A stretch of DNA of 64,000 nt. Origin: Lama guanicoe (lineage: Eukaryota). The stretch covers positions 9,889,186 through 9,953,185 of the forward strand of contig MU054323.1 of assembly GCA_013239625.1 (NCBI GenBank), given 5' to 3'. Shown here in pieces: positions 1 through 14,600 of the stretch. The notes beneath the pieces were generated by a model. That model had not been told where the DNA came from. It saw only the letters and a program-made list of their open reading frames with translations, and ran no database searches. Position 1 is the stretch's first letter. Each line of letters starts with the position of its first letter. The position numbers were made by a program, and so were the translations under genes.

Positions 1-110
1 CCGCACGGCGGCGCGCGGGCCCGGGGGTTGCGAGGAGCCCCGGGGTGCTGGGTGACCCTTCCCAAGGAAGGTGCCAAGATGCGTGCTCCTGTGCATTGTA
101 CGCCGGTGGA
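1..110. promoter_or_regulatory. PPP1CB: 3' tail of the PPP1CB CpG island (start of intron 1)
   Basis: GC/CpG-rich start (ccgcacggcggcgcgcgggcc...) fading into AT-rich intron; the first PPP1CB coding exon is not in the window. Confidence 0.7.
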
Positions 111-1610
111 ACGTGTATTTCTCCTCTGTTCTCTTTGTGCCTTGCCCTTGGCTGCCTTCAGTTCTTGTTCCGGGAGGGAATTTTATTAAAAATTTTCTCC
201 TTGAGACGATTCTTTGATCTCTTCAGCAATTTTACATGATGCTACAGGACGAACTTTATTTAAGGAGAAGATAACATTAGCGGGAGTTGAGTACCTCCCA
301 TTTGTTATTTAGCTTTAAAGAATAGTAAAACAAAAGTCTTTGATCGAGCTGAAATGCACACAAGAAATATGAAATATATAGACATGTTTGCTGAAGGTAT
401 TGATTATCAGATTTGAGAATTTTAACAGGTTTGAGCAGTTTTCGGAACAAACTTAGAAATGGTATATTGTAAAGCTATTCTTGTATGTAAGAGACATTTA
501 CAAGTCTTTGCAGCTTTTGAAGTTTTTGGGCCCTTCTGTTTTTAATTGGATAGTTTTGTTAGGGACGGGGATTGAGGGAAAGCGAAGAGATGGAGAGGCC
601 GGGATATTATTCAAAGTCAGCCGCGGTCTTCTTCCAGTGAATCTCTTTACGCAAAAATTTGCGTCGTCACTAACTGCTTTTTGTGAGTGTATAGGAAAGA
701 AATTAAGCCATTTTTCAAAATCTTAGAGTCCTCTGTCAGAAACTGTCGAAGGATTGCATATGTATTGTTACTTATTTTCAAATTTCCTGAAGATAATTGC
801 TGCAGTGAAGCAGTATGTACTTAACGTTTGGAAAAATAATCACAGAAGATTGTATGATTGGGGGGCGGCGGGAAAGGCGCTAGTTCCTTTTTTAAACCAG
901 TGTGTCGGTGTCTCATCAGTTCTGTGTGTACTAGTTGTGTAACAAACTACAGTGTTTTTGCTCCAGATGTTAAAGCCTTCCTTCAGTGTTAAGACTGAAT
1001 ACGAAGCAAAGTTTTACCAAGAACTCTTATTTGCCTTTTCTTTTACTATCAAGTTATTCCTGGGAGGCCCCCTGGTGCCTGTAGTCTGTGTTCACTATTT
1101 AAAGACTGGATTTTAACGGATGTGAACATCTTGCTAGTGAGACATTTGCTTTGGAAAAAAAATTTTTTTTTGTAATTATGCGTTGTTCTAAGAGGGAAAT
1201 ATAGCTGCTTTAAAATTTCAATGTCTTGTTGACTTTGGGGGATACTTATGACCACCACTAATTTTTATACATTTTAAACTTGGCTTGTAAATTTAAGTAT
1301 GTAAAAATCTGATGCTGTATCTCAGCTTCTTCGATTTGTTTTCCGTATATTTACCTATTTATATACTTTATAGGCATAAAACAGTAGAGGTATGTGTTTT
1401 AAAATGTTTGATATGGGACCTTTAAAGTCAGATATATCTTTTTATGATTATAGATAATTAAGAGACTGCACTGGTGGATTGTTTGAGGTTATTGGGGAAA
1501 AGATGCCAGGGGGAAAATAGGCAGTGATTCTATTTGTTTCTGTGAATTCAAATTACATAAGGGCTCTGTTCTGGTTTGGTTGATCTTTTTCTTTCATTTT
1601 CTTTTCTTCT

Positions 1611-1612
<2 letters not shown>

Positions 1613-1652
<40 letters not shown>
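1613..1652 (+). repeat. poly(T) tract of about 40 nt
   Basis: Uninterrupted T run. Confidence 0.95.
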
Positions 1653-1654
<2 letters not shown>

Positions 1655-3659
1655 GTGAGAATTCTTTCCCAGACATTTTCCCCTTTTAAATTAGCAGAAA
1701 TTTATTGACCTGCTTTGTGCTAGTCACCAGGAATCGAAAGGTAAGACTCAGTCTCTTCATTCAAGGAACTCCCAATCTGAACAAGTGATTTTCAGGCCTT
1801 TTCAGCCTGCTCTCTGTCAGTAAAGTGTATCATTACTTGCTTCTTAGTCCTGGGAAGTATATTTAGTTTTGACAGTGTCTCCTTGGGATTCTTAAATTCT
1901 CAAGGCTCCTCTTCTCCTTCCAACCTTTCCAAAATCTAGACTTGTTCAAAGACATCCAAAACAGACTTGGATTTTCTAATAAGTAATTATTTTTTGTCTT
2001 AAATTTTTGTCTGCCTTGATTTTTAGTGATGTTACATGCTAATTAAATTAACTCAAATTAAAGTAAAGCTGCCTAGCAGAATAGCTACAGTTATTGGGGC
2101 TTGTTTGTTTGTTTGTTGTTGTTGTTTAGGTATTAAATAAACGTGCAAGTTAAAATTTGGCCTGAATTTCTTTACATCAGGAGGGAAATCAGCAGGACTT
2201 GATCTCAATTTAAAAAGTTGATTGTAGTTCCACAACATTTTCTTGATTCTTTTTTATTACATCAGATTACTAATTAGCTGTAACACTTCTAGTAGTTTTA
2301 TGAGTTGCTTTGTGTTTTCCTTTTTCAGGTGGGCAAATCATGTAAATTTTCAAAGCACCTTTTACATTTAATTTTTTGTTTTTGTTTAATGCAAAGCAGT
2401 ATACTAATTTATTGTTTGGATAGTGCATATTCCTCCGGTGTATTTTCTTGGGTTAAGTTTTACTTAACCACAGATCAAAGATCTTTACCACTCTATCCTC
2501 TTTAGTGACCCCATTACCACATTCGTGTGACCTATAGTGCTTTTGAGTGATTGTTTAAACTGAAGCTAGTTCCTGAGTATCCTGGAAAATCCAGTAAAAG
2601 CTTTTTACTCTGATCAGTGGCTCCAAAAGGAGTTAAAGTGGAAGTGGGAGTATAGCAGAATCACCTGGGGAACTTTATTCAAACTACAAATACTGAGCTT
2701 ACTTTGGAAGAAGTGAAATAGAATGAGTAGAATATGCCTGTTTGGGAAGAGGAAGAGCAGTTGTGGAAAACTGCTTCCCGATGGTTAAGATAGTGCTAGC
2801 TCTGTTCCCAACCACAGACTTCAAGTGTTTAAAAACTGGACAGTATCAGTTGATGATAACTAATGTATGCCTATTATATATATATTACATATATCTCATA
2901 TTTGATTATATAATATCATTATTTATATCATATATACATTTAAAACTGTGAGTGGGTTTTGCTTTTTTTTCTGATTATAAAAGTAAGCATTCTTACTGTA
3001 GAAAACTTGTGAAACACTGAGGAATTAAAACCCAAGTCCCCCTCTTAATTCCACGATCTGGAGATAACTTGTTGAAATTTTGATGCATTTTTGTTCATGT
3101 TCTTTATATCATTAGAATATTGTTTATATAGCCTTATGAGTTAACGTCTCAAGTATTTCAAGAACATTTTTCCTTGTCATTGAAGTGTATTCTGAAATAC
3201 TTCAAATGCTGTTTGCTGTATGATAAAAAAAGAAAGTAGTTTTTTAAAAATTTTTTTATTTTGCCACAAAGCTAATCTTGAATATTACAAGATGAATTGT
3301 AGAATATTAGCACAATATTAGTAGCCTATTAGTATAAACTTAACGTGGCAGAATATGATTGTGTTTATATTTTTGGCCCACTAATAGCTTTATGAAAATC
3401 TTGGGGCGTGAGTGTTTTTGTTTTGTTTTTTTAATCCATTTTTCATTTAATCTCAATCTGTCAGATGTCTCAGCTTGTGGAACTGCTGTGATCATCTAGT
3501 GTATATCTCCCCTTTGCTTTCTTGTGGATCATGTACTGTTAACATTTTAGTTACACTGACTAAGCAGATGGGAAGTTCCTCTTCTGTGTCCTTTTGAAGG
3601 TTAAAAAAGGAATAGATTTGAAAAATAAAATAGATTAATGAAATCACATTAAAGCATCC

Positions 3660-4392
3660 CTTTTTAATAACAGTTTTATTGAGATGTAATTCAGGTACCA
3701 TACAATTTCACCTATTTGAAGCGTAAAATTCAGTGGTTTTTAGTATACTCACAAAGTTGTGTAGTCACCAGTCATCACAATAAACTTTCGAACGTTTTTA
3801 CCACCACCACCCTCAAACACAGCACTATTCCCATTAGCTGACATTTCCCTTTTCCCTTCATTCCTCCACCTCCCCACCCCCCAGGAACAGGCTACCCGAA
3901 TCTACTTTCTGTCTGTGGATTTTGCCTATTCTGGACATTTCATGTGAATGAAATCATACATCGTGGTCTCTTGTGATTGGCTTCTTTTAATGTTTTTTTT
4001 TAAATAAGCTTTGTTCATTTATAGCAATTTCAGGTTCACAACAGAATTGAGCAGAAAATACAGAGAGTTCACTCATAGCCCTCCTCACCCACCTTTTAAT
4101 GTTTTTAAAGTTCATCCATGTTGTAGCATGTGTCAGTACTTCATCCCTGTTATGGCTGAATAATATTTTGTTATGAATATACCACATTTTATTTATCCAT
4201 TTGTCACTTGATGGACATTTGAGTTGTTTCTCCTTTTTGGCTATTGCGAATAATGCTCCTATGAATGTTCATGTCCAGTGTTTGTGTGGGCATATGTTTT
4301 CATTTCCCTTGAGTATATATAGCTGGGGGTGGAATTGCTAGGTCAAATGGTGACTCTATATTTAACCTTTTGAGGAACTGCCAGACTGTTTA
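3660..4392 (-). mobile_element. Ancient L1 (L1MB-like) 3' end with a nested short L1MC-like insert
   Basis: Typical antisense L1 3'UTR text (ttcatccatgttgtagcatgtgtcagtacttca, gatggacatttgagttgtttc, ttttgaggaactgccagactgtt); insert about 3998-4092 flanked by cttttaatgttttt. Confidence 0.8.
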
Positions 4393-6459
4393 AAGCCTCT
4401 TTTCTGATTAAATTGTTTAATTGTGACCCAGCAGTCTAAAGGTTAGGCAGTTTGAAGGAAGTGCTAGTTGATCTTGGCAACCTCAACTTTTGCAGGGAAA
4501 GTGTTGTGTGTAGACCCAAGGCCAGGTCTGTTAGAAAAGAGCAGGTTGGGGAATAAGAAAGATCGTCTGGGAGATACGTTCTCTTTTTTGCTTCTTTTTA
4601 GATGAGAAACTAGAAAAGGCATGAAGATGGTACATTGTTTAACTGACTCAGAAATTAGGTTGGTTGCGTGCTTGGTTTTTCTGTCAGTTCCACTAGGTAA
4701 GGGAAACGGACCATTTGAAGAAGTAGTCCAGTGTTATTTGAAAACAGAGCTGGAGCTTTTTTGGTAATTGTCTAAATCCAAGATTAGGATTCATTGGGAT
4801 TTAGAAATCTATTTACATTTGAGCCTAAAGACAAGGCTTTATTAAGATTTAGGATTTATGAGAAGATAGTAGATTTTATCCAGTAGGGTTTTTTCTCTTA
4901 CGTCTTATCCACATTTACCATTGAACAAAGTATCCATTCCAATTGCATACCTTGTCAAATAACTCTTAACTGGTAAGATAATGCAGGTGTATAAGAGCGT
5001 CAAGATATTTAGAAATTAAAATCTCAGTTTCTGAAACAAAGATTATCCTCGAGATCTTGGGCTATAGGGATACAAGAAGAAATGGTCTGTAAATGTCAGT
5101 TGGCTTAGCAGTGGTGTGGTGGTGGAGGATTGGAATTCCCAGTTGAATCTTCTAGGGTTTAATTTTGAGTGGATACAAATTTATACCCTCAGGCAGCAAT
5201 CACTCCTCTAGCAGCTGTAAATAACCATTTCAAGGCTTATTCTTTTGGAAAAATAGAAGATCAGTGAAGATCGGAAGCAGAAAGATCAAGTTTACAACTT
5301 TTTTTATACACCCTCCACTCTCCGCTAAGATTGACTTTGAAGTCTTGCTTATTGGTAGGTGAAATGTAATTTATTTTTACACCTCATTCTTGAAATATAC
5401 TATACCTCAGATTTTCCGTCTGTTAGATAAAATGAAAACACTTTAGTAGAAATTAAGTCGTTATTCCACAATTAGAGGTAGAGGACTAAAAATGCAGAAA
5501 CTCATTCTGAAGTTAAATAAGAATAAATAACAGTAGCCAGTTGTTTTCCTGGCTTAATGCAGAAATTCAGCTCCTAGTGTAGGTTGGTACTTGCCATGCA
5601 GTAGGAAAAGTAGTAAAAGGACAGTGGCAGTTGTCCTTTATCAGCAGTTATTATTGCTCTTTTTATTTTAAATAGTAAACTGAGAAGGAAACTTTACAGG
5701 TACTTGTAGGTTCGTCTGTGTTATTTGAATATTTATCAAATAATTGAGCTAAAGAAGTGAAAGAAAATAACCAGGCTTCCGAGTAAAAATGAGAGATCTA
5801 AATTATATAATGACAAAAAAGGAATATATTTTATGAACATCAGACCCTAACTGCAGTAGTTATGTGAAACCTCTATGATAATCAGATGTACACTCAATTA
5901 AGTGTTTACCCAAGGTGCATCAGTAAGTATTGATGTAGTGGGAGGCCATGTATACACTGGTTAGGGTACAGGGTCTGCATGTATTTTAATTTCAGCTCTG
6001 CCCCAGTTTCTAATGCATTTTGGAGATGATAATAATAAATATCTGCTTAATAACGTATCTGTAAAGATTAAGCTGGTAAAGGACTTGAACAAAATAAAAG
6101 CTCAGAAAATGTTAGCTGTTATTGTTATTGTTTAGGATAAACCTGAGCTGAGTTAAGGTTACAGAGGGCTGCTTACGCTACTGAGCTCTGGATTCTCCCC
6201 ATAGTAATTTTTGGGAAGGCTATTCCTTGTGAGGATCTAACAGATGTGCCCTCCACATTGTGTTATTTCATACAACCACTGTATGTTGTATGTATGTATA
6301 CATAAAACATTTCTTTCCTATTCCCATTATCCAGAGTTCATAATCTGATTTGACATACTGGCGTTGGTGCTGAGGGGGAGCAATATTCCTAGGGAGAATA
6401 AAATCATGAAAGGTCGTTTAAGGGGATTTGGTTATTAGCTTTCTTTTGGCTAGGGACTA

Positions 6460-8410
6460 GAGAGTCATGGACTTAAAACTTTTTTAATCTTGGGATTACT
6501 ATATACTCATGAAAAGAATTGAGGACAAGAACTTTTATTTATGTGAGTTATTTATCAGTACTTTGTTAGAAATTTAAACTGAGAGTTTAAAAATATTCTT
6601 TAATTCTTGTAAAATAGCAATAATTATTCATTTTAGCATTAATAGTGTTTGTTTTCTAAAGCAAAAAAATTAATGATAAGCACATCTCTTTAATGCTTGG
6701 TTTTATAGATAACAGTGGAATTCTCATATCTGCTTTGCCTCAGTTTGTTCTGATACATTGTTTTAGTTGAAGTATATGAAGAAAATCTGTACTTTTGCAG
6801 TGTAGTTGGAAAAGGAAGGAGTATTTTAATAGCCTTTTTAGATAATGATGGATAGTCTTTAATATTATACCAGAAATTGACAAGTGGTTAGTTGTAACGT
6901 AGAATCTGAAATACTGTTCTCTTACACTAAAGTCCATTAATCTATGTTGCATTTTAAATGAATCTTACAAACGGTTTTGTAACATGGGTTGGTCATTTTG
7001 AAAATACTGATTAAGCTGAGTTAATGTAGATGTTCAAATGCTGACACATTTTATACAACATCAAAAAAGTCCCATTTTTTAATATTACAACAAGGGATCA
7101 GAAGAGTCCTTAAGTATGAAGAAGCTGTCAAATTCATGGTGCTGGATGCAAGGTTTCCACAACTTTAATTTTCGCTAGCAACAAATACTGTCAGTTGTTT
7201 TCTTTGAAATGACAGTCTTTGTTCATTTTCAAGACTATCTGTTAAGTATCTTAAGTGTGAATAACCAGAGTTTGTCAGTTGTGCTTTCCAGTAAAAAAGA
7301 TGTTCTGTGAAAAAAAGTAGCTAGATCAGCTTGAAACTAAAAGTCATACAAATGCTTTTCTTAAAGACAACCATTGTACTTTGATATGCAACAGAAATGC
7401 TTCATGGGTATTTTCCTTTTCATTATGCAGAATATTAAAAAGATGTATACTGATGGTGGAGATTTAATAAAATTGATTGCTTTTATTGCTTTTATCAGGG
7501 GCATTTTTAAGTAAAACCGGGCCTTTTACATTTTTTTATTGAAGTATAGTTGATTTACAATGTTGTGTTAGTTTCTGGTGTATAACATAGTGATTTAAAT
7601 ATACAAATATATATTCTTTTTCATTTTTTATTATAGGTTATTATAAGAATTGAATAACTCCCTGTGCTGTAAAGTAGGACCTTATTTACCTGTTTTATAT
7701 ATAGTAGTATGTATCTGCTAATCTCAAACTCCTAATTTATCCCTCCCCTACCTTCCTGTTTGGTAAGCACAAGTTTGTTTTCCTATGCCTGTGAGTCTAT
7801 TTCTGTTTTGTAAATAAGTTCATTTGAATCATTTTTTTAGACTCCACATGTAAGTGATATCGTATGATACTTGTGTTTCTCTGTCTGACTTACTTCACTT
7901 AGTATGATCATCTCTAGGTCCATCCATGTTGCTGCAAATGTCATTGTTTCATTCTTTTTTTTATGGCTGAGTAGTATTCTGTTGTGTATGTACACACAGC
8001 ACGTCTTTATCCAGTCATCTGTTGATGGACAATTAGGTTGCTTCCATGGCTTTGCTATTGAAAATAGTGCTGCTATGAACATTGGGATGCATATATCTTT
8101 TCAAATTAGAGTTTTCTCTGGGTATATGCCCAGGAGTGGGATTACTGATGATATGGTACCTCTATTTTCAGTTTTTTAAGGAATCTCCATACTGTTTTCC
8201 ATAGTGTGCTGCACTAAATTGCATTCTCACCAACACTGTAAGAGGGTTCCCTTTCTCCGCACCCTCCGAAACTGGACCTTTCTTGTTTCACTGTAAGTGC
8301 GTGGCAGATTGGTGCCTCTGACTTGGTTTCTGCTGAGGTGCTGGCAGTTTTACCCACCACCATGCAGATGTCAACACAATGAATAGGAGGATCACACTCT
8401 GAGAACTGTT
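6460..8410. mobile_element. hAT-Charlie (Charlie1-like) DNA transposon fossil split by a younger L1
   Basis: Charlie1-like text at about 6460-7527 resumes at 8269-8410 (ggcagttttacccaccac...tcacactctgagaactg); family recognised from memory. Confidence 0.6.
7528..8268 (-). mobile_element. 5'-truncated L1 3' end, artiodactyl type
   Basis: Minus-strand ORF 7837-8082 resembles the ORF2 C-terminus (MFIAALFSIAKPWKQPNCPSTDDWIK); TSD-like aaaccgggccttt (7514) and aaactggaccttt (8269). Confidence 0.9.
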
Positions 8411-8479
8411 GGGCTAGGGCACTCCTTTTTCCATTCCTGAGATGTCTGGCCATCCCCTGTGTGTGTTTTTTGTTTGTTT

Positions 8480-8712
8480 TAACTTTTTTTTTAAATTAAG
8501 TTATAGTCATTTCACAATGTTGTGTCAAATTCCAGTGTAGAGCACAGTTTTTCAGTTATACATGAACATACATATATTCATTGTCACATTTTTTTCACTG
8601 TGAGCTACCACAAGATCTTGTATATATTTCCCTGTGCTATACAGTATAATCTTGTTTATCTTTTCTACATTTTGAAATCCCAGTCTGTCCCTTCCCACCC
8701 CCCGCCTCCCCA
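8480..8712 (-). mobile_element. Short camelid-type L1 3' end fragment
   Basis: T-rich tail then ttcacaatgttgtgtcaaattccagtgtagagcac...gtgagctaccacaagatcttgtatatatttccctgtgctatacag. Confidence 0.7.
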
Positions 8713-9699
8713 TATCTGTTAAATTTCTTCTTTACTCTTTTTTCATTATTTATTTGTTTGCTAGTGTACCTGGAATTTTTTTTTTTAACTTATGACAATT
8801 CACAGACCCCTTTGAGAGTTCATGAAAGCCCTGGGCCTTCTCAGAAAAATATACATGTTCATGTGCATACACAATATTATTTTATTATCGTTTGGTTTAT
8901 TATACAGAGCTCCTGGAGGCCATCTATAGGCTCTGAAGTCACATTAATTATTCCTGTCAGGCAGACTTAAGACAAATTGAAGTTATGGCAGTTGCCTAAT
9001 TCTTTCATTTAAAACCAAGATTTCACATTCTAGCCAGTTACAAAAATGTTACTTTTTTTTCCTTTTTGTGACTTAAAGTAGATTTATACTAAATATGAAG
9101 AAAATGCCATTTCAACATAGAGAAAAAATTTAGGACATCTAGATTTAAGTTAATTTTGCTGTTGATTAGTTTATAACCTTGAGTGAATCTTTTTGGTAGG
9201 GTAGAAATTAAAATATTAAAGGTCAGTGAAAATTACTAAGATATTATGAGGCAAATATAATACTGGAATTATATTTTCTTAGCATTCTTTCTGTTTTACA
9301 AAGGCAGTTATTAGTAAGAACTTCCTGGAGAAAATAACAGATGGTTATTGAAAGGTAAGATATATACACACAAAACACATAAAGACGTATCACACCATTT
9401 GTAATTTAAAAGACAGAACTGCATTGAAAAAGTTTTTATGTGACAATTAAATTTGAAATATAATGCTTGAGTATAATTTTTTATAATCATGAGAAGAGGA
9501 GACTTCTTTGGGGGAGGAGATAACATTTTGCTTAATTGAGATTCAGAGGCATTGTTTTGTATCAAAATCAGAAAATGTTCATCTGTTAATGCTGGTCTGA
9601 GATGAGAGTTTTGAATTTCATCTTGGAAACTGTCATTTACAGCAGATAGGTAGGTACTGCCAGGACTAATGTCAATCCACAAGCATATGATTTTAGTTA

Positions 9700-11190
9700 A
9701 GTGATTTTAGTCATCACTTGGAAGGTATTTAGAGAATTTTATTAGTCTTCTCTTGATATTTGCCTTTTAGCATGTCATTACATTACTCCATGAGAGGTTA
9801 GGTGGCAGCTCCTCAACTGCACAGTTAAGTGGATTGTGATGTATTTTGCACTAGCATTGAAGTTTGAAGAATGCTGTTGGAACTGTGGTTTTGAGCTTGG
9901 AAAATAATATCCAGTGCAAATCTGTGAGGGAATGAAGATCTCACTGCACTTGTTTTAACTTTTGACAGCACTGGAACTGTATAAAGCAACCTGATATTTG
10001 CTTGTGATTCAAGCAACATTAGTTGTTAAAGTGACTTAGTACAGTATACGTTTTACACATAAGCATTTTTTTTTGCATTTTAATTTTAGGTTGAATTATT
10101 AAGAAACATCAGATTTGTAGCAAAATATAATTTATAAAACCTACTCAGTGTTTAATAGTAGTGATAGAAGGTGATTCTTCTCGTTCAGAAAAATTTCAGT
10201 ATTAGCCCTGAGGTCAAAAAAATCATGATAAAACCTTATCACTACTAAACCACTGAATTGCTAAGTTCATGAGAGCTAATGAAGTGGATCATTAATACCA
10301 CTAGTTCAGTAATATGATAGATTAAAATATTTTTCCACTGCTACTATTTGCACCATAAACTTTAAACACCTTAAATTTTCACAAGCTTTGTAAAATTGTC
10401 CAGTGAAGTCTTTTCCTGCTTCAAGCATATTTTTACTTCCAGTCAGTGTTTTCTTTTCCTTTCCTTAGCTGCTTTGGAAATTTTCTTGCCTGTGTTCATT
10501 CCACACAGACTATTCGAGTCACTAACTTTTCAGTCACTTCACATTCAGTATTGGCTCCTCAAGTAAACAACAACAAAGTGTTGGTAATACCTGTGAACTC
10601 ATCAAGAGTTGAGGAAAACAGCTCAGAATCATTTATTTCGTTTTTTTTAATTGATTATTGATGTTGTTTCCAATATCCTCAACTCTTCAAGAACTGTTTT
10701 TACAGAAAGATTAGTAAATACATTATTGTCTCAAGACATATTTCTTTGGCTTTCCCAAACATGATTTGATTAACTCTCCATTAATAAATGGCTTTCCTTG
10801 CTTGCCAACACATAAACCAGTTGGAAACTTACTCTTTGCAGCCTCATTTTTATTTTTGTGAAGAAATTCTGCTGTGATGAGATTCCATTTAAAGTTTTAG
10901 AAATTTTTTTCGATTTTTACTTTCCTATGAATTGGAATGTTGTGATGAGTGCTTAGTTTGGTAATGTGGACATATGTTGTATTCTTTTAGCACAGCTATA
11001 ACATCATAAATACAGTGCCTAGTCATCAAATTCAGTAACAAAATAATCCACACTCCACTATGCCTTAGATGTTCACATTCCACTTTTCTTCCTTTGACAT
11101 GATGAGTATGCACTGGTAATGAAAGTAAAATAAAATGTTGCACACAGCAGTAGACATTCAAGACACTCTCACGTTATAACTGCACCCCCG
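9700..11190 (-). mobile_element. Decayed hAT-Charlie transposase fossil (GTF2IRD2/SPIN-like)
   Basis: Minus-strand ORF 10925-11161 contains RKV...IAVLKEYNICPHYQTKH, similar to the AVLKEYNIRRHYETKH motif of this transposase group; otherwise frameshifted. Confidence 0.7.
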
Positions 11191-11224
11191 CAATTTCTAT
11201 CACCCTGGGAAGCAGTGCAAAGCC

Positions 11225-11480
11225 ATGAGGGTGCCCCTTGTGATCTCTGTTGCAACTACTCAACTCTGCCATTGTATCGCAGAAGTACCCATAGATAATA
11301 CATAAATGAATAAATGTGGTTATGTTCCAATAAAACTATTTGTGGACACTAACACATTTGAATTTCATATAATACTGTTCTTCTCCCACTTCCTCCCCCC
11401 AGCTGTTTTTAAAAGTATAAAAATTACTGTTAACACACAAGAACAGGATTGAACCAAATTTGACCCTCAGGCCTTAGTGT
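11225..11480. mobile_element. MER58-like non-autonomous hAT element
   Basis: tctctgttgcaactactcaactctgccattgta...gttccaataaaact...tttgaatttcatataat. Confidence 0.75.
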
Positions 11481-11679
11481 TTTCCCCCTTTTCTGATGTA
11501 AACATGATTGTGCAGAAAGATTTCCTTATCAGGGGTCAGGAGACCTTGATGCTTCCACCTAAGTTGCATGACTGATTTACTCAGATAACATGGGGTATGG
11601 GTTCCTAGTGTCTAGGCCTTGGCAAGATATTCCTCAAAATACTTCATATAATTTGAATTTCTGGTGTGTACCAGTAATC

Positions 11680-14600
11680 ATATTTTATATGCTCCTGTTT
11701 TTACTTGAGCAGCTATTCCGTTGTTGAAGAGCAACCAACACAGGAAATTTTTGAGAGTTTTGATCTTTAAGAGAAGAGAAGCACCAGTGAGTTTACCAGT
11801 CACTGTGGCTTTTATCCCGGAGGTATGAGGGACTAGATTCCAAATACAAAGTGGCAGTCTTACTGGACTAAAGAGGAGAGGTGGAAGTCTGGGGCCACTA
11901 AAGCAGTTGAAACTTAAGTCCAAAAGAGGAGAGAACTACATAGACTCTAACCTCAAAATCTGCAGTCAGGTCCCCCTAAAATCATTGACTGCTAAGGTAC
12001 AGATGTGTAAGAGAAGATTATAAGAAACCCAGAAGAAAACAATATCTGGGAAGCTAAAGATCGAGCAGATTCCAGCATCCCCCTAGTACCAGAGAGGCAA
12101 AAGTTGAAGTTCAAACCTTGGGAAGTAAGAGGTCATATTATACTCTGAGTTTTCCACTGAGACCCCCAACATGGCCAGTCCCTAAGATTGAGGGCAAAAT
12201 GAAATAGACTAGCTCTCAAGAAAGTGTGGGTGAGTCCTTGGTTACTGTCTGCTGCTAAAAGGAAAGCACCCTCTATGGAGGAATATGTCATCTAGAACTA
12301 TTCATAGTCAAATGTTTCGTTAGTGAAATACTAAAGGGAATGTTAACAGGATTAACTGACCAAAAATTAAGAGAAGAAAGTATAAATCTACAGATAACTC
12401 ATGTACTAGAGGTCACATAGAATTTAAGGTCACTGATTTAATATGCTCAAGGTAAAGAGGAAACAAAATTTATCAGAAACCTGGAAACTACGACTGAAAA
12501 ATACATTAACTAAAATTCAGAATTTATTGGTTGGGTTTATTAGCAAATTAGAAACAGCAAAATAGAGAAGTAATAAACTAGAAAAAAAAAGTTGAGTAGA
12601 AATTTTGTAGTGTTGAGAGAAAAAATAGAGGGGAGATACAGAAAGAAAGCAACAGGAGATAATGGGGAGGTTAACGTGTATAATGAGATTCCCAGAAGGA
12701 GAAGAGATGTGGAATAAAAGATCTGTTAACCAAGAATTTTCCAAAATTGAGAAAGATGCCAAAACACAGAGTGAAGAAGCTCTGTGAATTCCAAGTAGGA
12801 GAAATGTAAATAAAATCATGTTGAGAAGACCCATCATAGACTTAACTGCTAAGAATCAAAGAAAAAGAAAATCTTAAAAGCTCCCAGGGGAAAGAAGTCA
12901 TTACTTTCAGGAGGACAATAATAAGGCAACAATAATAATAAGTTACTACATTCAGGAGGACAGTAATAATGCTAACGTAGAATTCTAAATTCAATGGGCA
13001 TATCCTTGTGAAAAGTGAAGGTAAAATGAAGACAAACTAAAACTAAGAAAATTTATTAAAAGTAGACTGGCACTAGAAAATGCTTTAGATTCTTATACCA
13101 AATCATAGAATGTATCCTTTGCTTCCTTTAAAGTTCACGTTGAAAGAATATGATAAAAGCACAGAATTGGAGGAAGAAATGAAGAACAATAATAAGGATC
13201 AATATTAATAAATATAAATTAATACTGTATAAAATAATATGGCTTGTGGGTTTTAAAATATGTGGAAGCAGTATATAGCAACTGTAGAACAAAAGTCTGG
13301 AGAGTGGAAATCAGTCAAGAGTTCATTTATTTTCTCTAGAGTGAGCACCAAAAGAAAAAGAATGTATAACTGAAAAGCTAATAGAGGAGAAAAATGGAAT
13401 AATAGAAGATAATCGATTACTCCAAAGAAATGTAAGAAGAGAGGAATAAAGAACAGATGAGACAAAACAAATGACAGGATGTAGACTTCAACTCATCTTT
13501 GTCAATGATTGTAGTAAATGTGAAAGAAGCAAACACTCCAGACAAACCTCTGAATACCTGTCTCCTGTTTAAAAGGGACATAGTATAAATTTTTTTGGCG
13601 GGGGGGGACATAGTTTAAATTTAAAGGCACAGACGAGTGAATAAAAGAATGGGGAAAATATATTATGCACATATTAACCAAAAGAAACTTTTTGAGTTGG
13701 CTATATGTTTTTGCCAGAAAAGGACTGTAAGGCAAGGAGAATCACTGGAGACAAAGAAGGGCATTGCATAATTAAAATGGTTAATTCAACAGGATGATAT
13801 AACAATCTTAAATTGTTTAGATATTTCATAATACAGATCAAAAACACAAAAAGAAAAGCTATTAGAACCAAAAGGTTGAAAGAGAGAAAACCACAACCAT
13901 AGTAGATTAATGTACCTTTCTCAGTAATTAATAAACAAGAAAAGTAATCAGTAAGGCTCTAGAAGACTTAAACAACACAGTCAATTTGACCTGATTGACA
14001 CACATAGAACACTTTACCCAGAAACTACAGGATATACGTGCTTTTCAAATATGGGTGGACATTTACTAAACTATACCATATGCTGTACCATAGAGCAGAT
14101 CTCTAAATTTGAAAGAAATGAGATCTCAGATATGTTCTCTGACTTCATTGCTGATAAGCTAGAAATCGATAGCAGATAACTAGGAACTCCTCAAATATTT
14201 AGAAATTAAGCCATGTACTTTCACATATCTTATTGGCTTATTAGAAGTGAAAATTATAAAATATGTTGACCTAAATAATAATGAAAATATGTGTTAACTT
14301 TTGCAGTTGCCACTAAAAGTAATGTTTAGAGGGATGCACACAGTTTTAAATGTATAATTTTTAAAAGGCTGAACATTAAGCTATTCCAAGACAATAGAAG
14401 AATAAACAAATTATAACCAAAAAAGTAGAAGGAAAAATATAATAAAGATAAGAGCAGAAATCAAATAAAAAGTGGATGTATGATTTTAAAAAAGGAAATC
14501 CTTGAAAAGATTAATAAAATTGGTAAACCTCTAGAAAGATTGATAATGTGAAAAAATTTTAATTTCCAGTATCAAGAAAGCTGTAGGAGACAACACTATT

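Noticed and set aside
10925..11161. Possible domesticated transposase gene
   Set aside because: Only a short motif survives; surrounding frames are broken by stops and frameshifts
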